From the NCBI GenBank assembly GCA_045863855.1, contig BTVV01000174.1, forward strand, positions 1 to 10,400: a stretch of 10,400 bases of DNA, read 5' to 3'. How positions within the stretch are numbered: the stretch's first letter is position 1; the number at the start of each line of letters is the position of its first letter. A program made the translations under genes and the position numbers. The notes below the pieces were generated by a model that saw only the letters and a program-made list of their open reading frames with translations, did no database searches and was not told the DNA's origin. The DNA comes from Planctomycetota bacterium. GTDB lineage: Bacteria; Planctomycetota; SZUA-567; H5-PLA8. Positions 5,369 through 10,400 of the stretch are shown in pieces.

Positions 5369-7480
5369 TCAGGCCTTGGCAGGCCGGGTGCGCTGGAGCG
5401 CTTCGCGCCCGCGCAGGCTGAGCGCCAGGCGTTTGCCCTTGCCGCCGTGGGGCTCCAGATAACCCTTCGCGTACATCGCAAGCAGATCGGCGAGCAGATT
5501 TTCGTACTTTACTCCTTTGAGCAGCGCCCACTGCGGGAGCGCCTGAAGTTCGGCGGTGCGGCTTTCCTGGCTCTGCGCGCCGCCGCGCAGAACCGCGACG
5601 GCCAGCGAGGGCGCGAAGCGCCCGGGATTGGCGTCGAAGAGTTCGAGCATCAGGACACCGTGCTTGCGCGGGACTTCCCGCGCTTGAAGTTCTTCGCGTG
5701 TGTAAGCACGGTCTTTGCCGCGCCAGAAGACGGCGGCTCCGCCGGAAACTTCGGCGCGCGGGGACTGGGCTTTGGATGAGGCCGACGCCGGTCCCGGCTC
5801 CCGGCGGTCCTCGTCGAGGACCGTTTCGGCGATGGTGTTCAGCGTGCTTATGCTTAAATGGCTGAGCGCGCCGAAACCCGGGAGCGCGTGCCATGCGGTG
5901 GGGATGCTTTTGGCGTCGCTGCCGTAGAGGAACCTGGCGAGCGTGGCCTTGTTGAGTTTCCAGGCGGCCTGGAAGACGGCGCGGTGGCGTTCGAGGACGC
6001 GGCGTGCTTCGTCGCGTGCGGCGGCGTGCCCGACTTCGGCGGTTCCGCCGCTGCACGCCGAACAGTTCCCGCAGCGGTAATCGGCAGCGAAAGTTTCGCC
6101 GAAGTAGTGCAGGAGCCGTTTGCGCAGGCAATTCGATTCGGCGGCGTATTCGAGCATCGCGTCGAGTCGCGCGTAGTCGGCGTTTTTGCGCGCGAACATC
6201 GCATTCAGGTCGATGGTCTGGGCCTGCGGATTTCCGGCGGCGCGACAGATCCGGCCGTTATCGTCGTGCCAGACGAGATCCTGTTCGTGGAGCGCCAAGA
6301 GCGCGACGTTGAGCTGTTCGGGCGTCAGTTCACTGGCGTGCGCGCGGAGTTCCTCGAGCATGCTGCCGCTTGGATCGACGCTGGCGTAGACGGCTTGAAC
6401 CTCTTCGCGGGCGGGGTAGCGGTTGCGCAGAAAGAACCGGATCAGCGAAGTGTCCTTGGGCGCATAGAGCAGGATGCATTGGGCGGGCTTGCCGTCGCGC
6501 CCTGCGCGTCCGGCTTCCTGATAGTAGGCTTCCAGCGCGGGCGGATGCTGGTAATGGATCACCGCGCGCACGTCGGCTTTGTCGATGCCCATCCCGAACG
6601 CGACGGTGGCGACGGCGATGGGTCGGCGGCCGGAGAGCCACTGTTCCTGCGCGGTCTTGCGCGCCGTGGCGCTCATGCCCGCGTGGTAGCACGTCGCGCG
6701 CAGGCCCACCTGATTCAGATCGGCGGCGACGCTTTCGGCGTCCTTGCGCCGGCCGACGTAGACGATCTGAGAGCCCTGTCCGTCGAGGTCTTTAAGGATG
6801 CGCTTCAAGCGGCGCGGCTTCTCGCCGGGGCCGCAGGGATGGACTTCGAAGCGCAAGTTGGGGCGGTCGAGCGAGCCGACCTGGACGAGCGCGTCGCGCA
6901 GCCCGAGCTGCTTGACGATATCTTCGCGCACGGCCGGCGGCGCGGTGGCGGTGAGCGCCAGGACGGGGCAGGGGCGCGCGGCTTCGACGGCCGGGCGCAG
7001 GCGCAGGTAGCTGGGCCGGAAGTCGTAGCCCCACTGGCTGACGCAATGCGCTTCGTCGATGACGAAGAGTTTGGGCTTCAGGGCGGCGATGCGGCGGCGG
7101 AAGGCTTCGGATTCCAGGCGTTCGGGACTGACGTACAGGAGCGCAGCTTCGCCGGCGTGGACTTCACGCAGCGCTTCCTGCGCTTCGGCGGCGGAAAGAT
7201 TCGAATGTAACGCCACCGCGCGGGCGTGCCCGTGGCGGTTCAGGGCATCGACCTGGTCCTTCATCAGCGCGATGAGCGGCGAGACGACGACAGTGAGTCC
7301 CGGGAGCAGCGTGGCGGGAAGCTGGTAGGTGAGGGACTTGCCGCCGCCGGTGGGCAATACGCCTAGCGCGTCGCGTCCGGCCAATGCGGCTTCGACTAGT
7401 TCGCGCTGGCCTTCGCGGAAGGCATCGAAACCGAAGCGCTTGAGCGCTTCGCGCAGCTTGGCGGGCACGGTGGCGGACAT
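5369..7480 (-). CDS. recQ: RecQ family ATP-dependent DNA helicase (703 aa) with atypical C-terminus
   Basis: Motifs PTGGGKS, SPLIALMKDQV, DEAHCVSQWGYDFRPSY, ALTATA, YHAGM, ATVAFGMGIDKADVR and YYQEAGRAGRDG. Zn site CLR...YFGE...CGNCSAC. Confidence 0.95.
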   Translation of the reverse strand: MSATVPAKLREALKRFGFDAFREGQRELVEAALAGRDALGVLPTGGGKSLTYQLPATLLPGLTVVVSPLIALMKDQVDALNRHGHARAVALHSNLSAAEAQEALREVHAGEAALLYVSPERLESEAFRRRIAALKPKLFVIDEAHCVSQWGYDFRPSYLRLRPAVEAARPCPVLALTATAPPAVREDIVKQLGLRDALVQVGSLDRPNLRFEVHPCGPGEKPRRLKRILKDLDGQGSQIVYVGRRKDAESVAADLNQVGLRATCYHAGMSATARKTAQEQWLSGRRPIAVATVAFGMGIDKADVRAVIHYQHPPALEAYYQEAGRAGRDGKPAQCILLYAPKDTSLIRFFLRNRYPAREEVQAVYASVDPSGSMLEELRAHASELTPEQLNVALLALHEQDLVWHDDNGRICRAAGNPQAQTIDLNAMFARKNADYARLDAMLEYAAESNCLRKRLLHYFGETFAADYRCGNCSACSGGTAEVGHAAARDEARRVLERHRAVFQAAWKLNKATLARFLYGSDAKSIPTAWHALPGFGALSHLSISTLNTIAETVLDEDRREPGPASASSKAQSPRAEVSGGAAVFWRGKDRAYTREELQAREVPRKHGVLMLELFDANPGRFAPSLAVAVLRGGAQSQESRTAELQALPQWALLKGVKYENLLADLLAMYAKGYLEPHGGKGKRLALSLRGREALQRTRPAKA

Positions 7481-7493
7481 GGTCGTAGGCGTA

Positions 7494-7522
7494 GTTTTAG
7501 GACTTTGCGTCCCGAGTGTCTA
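7494..7522 (-). promoter_or_regulatory. Possible recQ promoter: TAGACA-17 nt-TAAAAC
   Basis: On the minus strand the -35 is at 7522-7517 (5/6) and the -10 at 7499-7494 (4/6, lacking the final T), with 17-nt spacing. Confidence 0.4.
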
Positions 7523-7551
7523 ACGCGAGAGCGTGGGAGGCGGGAGGACTC

Positions 7552-7580
7552 TTGCGCCGGCCGCTCCCAAGGCGTAACGT
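7552..7580 (+). promoter_or_regulatory. Possible pdxA promoter: TTGCGC-17 nt-TAACGT
   Basis: The -35 is at 7552-7557 and the -10 at 7575-7580 (TAnnnT), with 17-nt spacing. The expected +1 falls at about the ATG at 7587. Confidence 0.45.
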
Positions 7581-7586
7581 GAAGGC

Positions 7587-8669
7587 ATGAGCGATGCCGC
7601 AGCGAACATGGGCTCAGCCGGACCGTCGACCCCTGGGATCGTCGCCGTCACCATGGGCGATGCCGCGGGCGTGGGGCCGGAGTTGTGCCTGGAACTGCTG
7701 GCGCTCAAAGAGTTTCCCGAACACACGGTGCCGCTGGTGATGGGCAATGTGGCCGTACTGCGGCAGGTGGCCGAGCGGACCGGCCGAACATTTGACGCTC
7801 AGGTGCTGGATGCCATTCCCGAACACCTGGATGCGCCGGCCGTTTTCGATGTCTCCGATACCTTTAAAGGTACGACGGTCACTCCGGGCCGCAGCCAGGC
7901 CGCCTGCGGCGCGGCTGCGGCGCGCTTCATCGAGGCCGCGGTGCAAGCCTGCCGCAGCGGGCGCTGCGCGGCGATGGTGACGGCTCCGATCAGCAAAAAG
8001 GCGCTGAACCTCGCGGGCATCGATTTCCCTGGGCATACCGAGATGATCGCGTCGCTCACCGGAGCGCCAGACATCGCGATGCTGCTGTACAGCGAGAAGA
8101 TCGCCGTCACATTTGTCACCGCGCACCAATCGCTCAGGAGCGTGCCCGATTCGATTACGCTGGAGCGAGTTTGCCGCGTGGCGACGCTGATGAACCAGAA
8201 TCTTCGCATCCTGCGCGACGGGAAACCGCCTCGGCTGGCCGTGCTGGGGCTCAATCCGCACGCCGGCGAGGAAGGGCTCTTCGGCGACGAAGAGATCCGC
8301 ATCGTCAAGCCGGCCGTACAGCGCCTGCAGAGCTTGGGCCTGCAAGTCGAAGGCCCCTTGCCGCCGGATACGGCTTTCACGCGGGACGCGCTGGCGCGCT
8401 TCGATGGTCACGTGGCGCTGTATCACGATCAGGGCAGTATTCCGTTCAAGATGTTCGCGTTCGACACCGGTGTGAACGTGACGCTGGGGCTCGAGATCAT
8501 CCGCACCTCGCCCGACCACGGAACGGCGTACGATATCGCCTGGAAGGGCCAGGCGCGTACGGACAGCTTCATGAGCGCCTACCGGTTGGCCGCGCGTCTG
8601 GCCGCGGCCCGGCATCGCCTGCCCGGCGACGCGCGCACCTCCGGCAAGCGCCTGGCGCAGAACGCGTAA
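7587..8669 (+). CDS. pdxA: 4-hydroxythreonine-4-phosphate dehydrogenase PdxA family (360 aa; PdxA vs PdxA2 unresolved)
   Basis: Motifs TMGDAAGVGPE, VTAPISK, GHTE, GLNPHAGEEGLFGDEE, GPLPPDTAF, YHDQG-x-IPFK and GVNVTLGL...RTSPDHGTAYDIA. The start could alternatively be the ATG at 7608. Confidence 0.95.
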   Translation: MSDAAANMGSAGPSTPGIVAVTMGDAAGVGPELCLELLALKEFPEHTVPLVMGNVAVLRQVAERTGRTFDAQVLDAIPEHLDAPAVFDVSDTFKGTTVTPGRSQAACGAAAARFIEAAVQACRSGRCAAMVTAPISKKALNLAGIDFPGHTEMIASLTGAPDIAMLLYSEKIAVTFVTAHQSLRSVPDSITLERVCRVATLMNQNLRILRDGKPPRLAVLGLNPHAGEEGLFGDEEIRIVKPAVQRLQSLGLQVEGPLPPDTAFTRDALARFDGHVALYHDQGSIPFKMFAFDTGVNVTLGLEIIRTSPDHGTAYDIAWKGQARTDSFMSAYRLAARLAAARHRLPGDARTSGKRLAQNA

Positions 8670-8778
8670 TCGGCCGCCGGTTTTCGAGTCTCCTCTCGTC
8701 GTAACGCCGTGCGTGCGTTAGCATGCGTACGTTGCTTTTGTTTCCTGCGCACGTTCGGTCACCCACTTTTGGACTTCC

Positions 8779-9981
8779 ATGTCGATCAAGAAAACGCCCG
8801 ACGACTTCCGCGTGGACGAAGTGCTCGATCCGGGCTTTACCTTCGGAGAGACCGCGGGTCCGTTCGCGCTGTACCGGCTGACCAAGACCGGGATGGGCAC
8901 GCCCGAGGCGATCGGTAAAATCGCCAAGCACTGGAAGATTCGCCACGCGGCGCTGGCGTACGCGGGCTTGAAAGACAAGCACGCGAAGAGCACGCAGCAC
9001 CTCACGCTGGACGGCGCGCAATTTTCGGGGAAGCCCCCGGAGCGCGAAGCCGGGCCGTATTGGTCGATCGAACGCCTGGGTTATTGCGCCCGCGCGATCC
9101 GTTCGAGCGATTTGGCGGGCAATCGCTTTCGCATCGTGGTGCGGTCGCTGACGCCGGAAGAAAGCCGGGATATGGACCGCGCCGCGGCTTTGCTGCGCGT
9201 GCCCGGTCGCGAGCCGGCGGCGCTGCGCTTCGTGAATTATTTCGGCGATCAGCGCTTCGGTTCGGCCCGGCATGGCGAAGGCTTCCTTGCGCGGAACCTT
9301 ATCGACGGGGACTTCGAGACGGCGCTGCGACTGGCGGTGGCCGTGGAGCACCGCAAGGACCATCGCGATGTCAAAGCGTTCAAGCGCGCGCTGCTTGAAG
9401 GGTGGGGGCGCTGGCAGGAGGTGCTGCCCAAGCTCCGGCATTGTCCCGAGCGCAAAGCGTTCGAGCATCTCGCGCGTCATCCGCAGGATTACCGCGGCGC
9501 CTTCACGCAGTTGCCGTATTTCCTGCAGCAGATCTGCGTCTACGCGTACCAATCGCATCTCTGGAACAGCGTTGCGCGCGGGCTGGCGGCTCAATGCGAG
9601 GGCGGGCGCGAGGACAGGATCGTCGCCGAAGATCCATACGGCGTGATGCTCTTTCCGGCGGCGTCGACGATTCCCGCCGAGTGGGAAGACCTGAACGTTC
9701 CGCTGCTTTCGCGCAAGACCGAACTGCGCGCGCCTTGGGGCGAAACGGCGAGCGAGGTGCTGGCCGAAGAAAACTTAAAGCTCGAAGATCTGCGCATTCC
9801 GGGTGTACGGCGGCCTTTCTTTGGCGAAGCGCCGCGCAAGCTATTCGTCGAGGCGCGCGGTTTCGAACTGGGACCGGCCGAAAAGGAAGAGGGCGGGGGC
9901 GGGCGCTTGATGCGCGTGGCTCGTTTCGAGTTGCCGCCGGGCGCATACGCGACGGTGCTGCTGCGCGCTTTGGGCGAATGA
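8779..9981 (+). CDS. truD: tRNA pseudouridine(13) synthase TruD (400 aa)
   Basis: Motifs KKTPDDFRVDE, YAGLKDKHAKSTQ (catalytic Asp66), LAGNRFRIVVR, FVNYFGDQRFG, AYQSHLWN and FELPPGAYATVLLR. Confidence 0.95.
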   Translation: MSIKKTPDDFRVDEVLDPGFTFGETAGPFALYRLTKTGMGTPEAIGKIAKHWKIRHAALAYAGLKDKHAKSTQHLTLDGAQFSGKPPEREAGPYWSIERLGYCARAIRSSDLAGNRFRIVVRSLTPEESRDMDRAAALLRVPGREPAALRFVNYFGDQRFGSARHGEGFLARNLIDGDFETALRLAVAVEHRKDHRDVKAFKRALLEGWGRWQEVLPKLRHCPERKAFEHLARHPQDYRGAFTQLPYFLQQICVYAYQSHLWNSVARGLAAQCEGGREDRIVAEDPYGVMLFPAASTIPAEWEDLNVPLLSRKTELRAPWGETASEVLAEENLKLEDLRIPGVRRPFFGEAPRKLFVEARGFELGPAEKEEGGGGRLMRVARFELPPGAYATVLLRALGE

Positions 9982-9996
9982 GCGTTTACGTACGCG

Positions 9997-10025
9997 TTGA
10001 CACGCTCCACGGAGCGTCCTAGAGT
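9997..10025 (+). promoter_or_regulatory. Predicted sigma70-type promoter of the Lon-N gene: TTGACA-17 nt-TAGAGT, with an inverted repeat in the spacer
   Basis: Perfect -35 (9997-10002), 17-nt spacer and -10 at 10020-10025. The inverted repeat ACGCTCC-AC-GGAGCGT is at 10002-10017. Confidence 0.65.
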
Positions 10026-10055
10026 GACCGCGCTTCCGCGATCGGAGAGCGCGAC

Positions 10056-10400
10056 ATGGAACCGAGCTTGCCGCCCGTATTCGAGGTTCCGCTTTTTCCG
10101 CTGCCCGACGTGGTGCTTTTCCCCGGAACGATCCTCCCGCTGCGCATTTTCGAGCCGCGCTACAAAACGATGCTCGCCGATGCCTTGAAAGGACCGCAAT
10201 TCCTGGCCATGGCGCGCTTGAAGCCGGGTTGGGAAGATGCCTATTTGGAGGTTCCCACGCTGTTTCCCATGGTAGGCGTGGGACGGATCGTGGCGCATCA
10301 GCAACTGGACGACGACACCTACCAGATAGCGCTGCTGGGGCTTTCGCGCGCGCGTATCCAATCCGAGATTCAGAAGGAACCGTACCGCATTGCCACCGTG
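10056..10400 (+). CDS. LON peptidase substrate-binding (N-terminal) domain protein, 5' part (runs off the window)
   Basis: Not in the ORF track because it has no stop in the window. The ATG at 10056 follows GGAG (10044-10047). It translates as MEPSLPPVFEVPLFPLPDVVLFPGTILPLRIFEPRYKTMLADALKG...VGVGRIV...YQIALLGLSRARI...EPYRIATV, the classic Lon-N motif set. The IFEPRY form is typical of stand-alone Lon-N proteins. Confidence 0.9.
   Translation, partial: MEPSLPPVFEVPLFPLPDVVLFPGTILPLRIFEPRYKTMLADALKGPQFLAMARLKPGWEDAYLEVPTLFPMVGVGRIVAHQQLDDDTYQIALLGLSRARIQSEIQKEPYRIATV

Noticed and set aside
2422..8615. Long alternative ORFs (e.g. 2422-3498 +, 5858-7210 +, 7614-8615 -, 5064-6131 -, and similarly 402-1280 - and 8569-9594 -)
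   Set aside because: They are antisense or off-frame shadows of well-supported genes, with Arg/Gly/Ala-rich composition and no motifs. This is expected from stop-codon scarcity at high GC.
8700..8745. TAACGC-N7-GCGTTA stem and a downstream T-rich tract between pdxA and truD, as a terminator or riboswitch
   Set aside because: The stem is weak, it is separated from the T-tract by about 15 nt, and I recognise no riboswitch consensus.
3494..9990. Short words shared between intergenic regions (GCGTTTACG at 3494-3502 reverse strand and 9982-9990; ACGCATGCT near 3499 and, reversed, near 8720)
   Set aside because: These are only 9-bp matches with inconsistent position relative to the predicted promoters, which is not enough to call a repeat family or regulon.
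1..10400. CRISPR arrays, tRNA/rRNA genes, IS elements, integrases, or a defence-system reading of the helicase
   Set aside because: I saw no spaced direct repeats, cloverleaf, terminal inverted repeats or transposase/integrase motifs. The RecQ lacks neighbouring DprA/PRTase- or nuclease-type partner genes, and its flanks are housekeeping or metabolic.

Overview
This is a GC-rich bacterial chromosomal window with mostly housekeeping and accessory metabolic genes; the gene styles are compatible with a Planctomycetota-like organism, which is an inference only. I found no mobile element, CRISPR array or RNA gene. From left to right: the 3' end of a probable EEP-family nuclease/phosphatase (+), then a minus-strand run of a small 2-TM/zinc-ribbon protein, nitroreductase, pirin, MarR regulator, HSL-type alpha/beta hydrolase and Gfo/Idh/MocA oxidoreductase. 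These are followed by a small 3-TM membrane protein (+) converging with zero gap on a RecQ helicase (-), then pdxA, truD and the start of a Lon N-domain protein (+). The best-supported new observation is a palindromic operator, AG(T/A)TGTT-N2-AACAACT, found twice: over the predicted marR -35 box and upstream of pirin. It defines a putative MarR-pirin-nitroreductase-zinc-ribbon membrane protein redox/aromatic-stress regulon. Other points of interest are a RecQ with an inserted winged helix, apparently two RQC-like domains and no HRDC; an oxidoreductase resembling fungal GaaA galacturonate reductase next to an esterase; a possibly leaderless pdxA; and a palindrome filling the promoter spacer of the Lon-N gene. 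I cannot support a wholly new multi-gene system beyond these.
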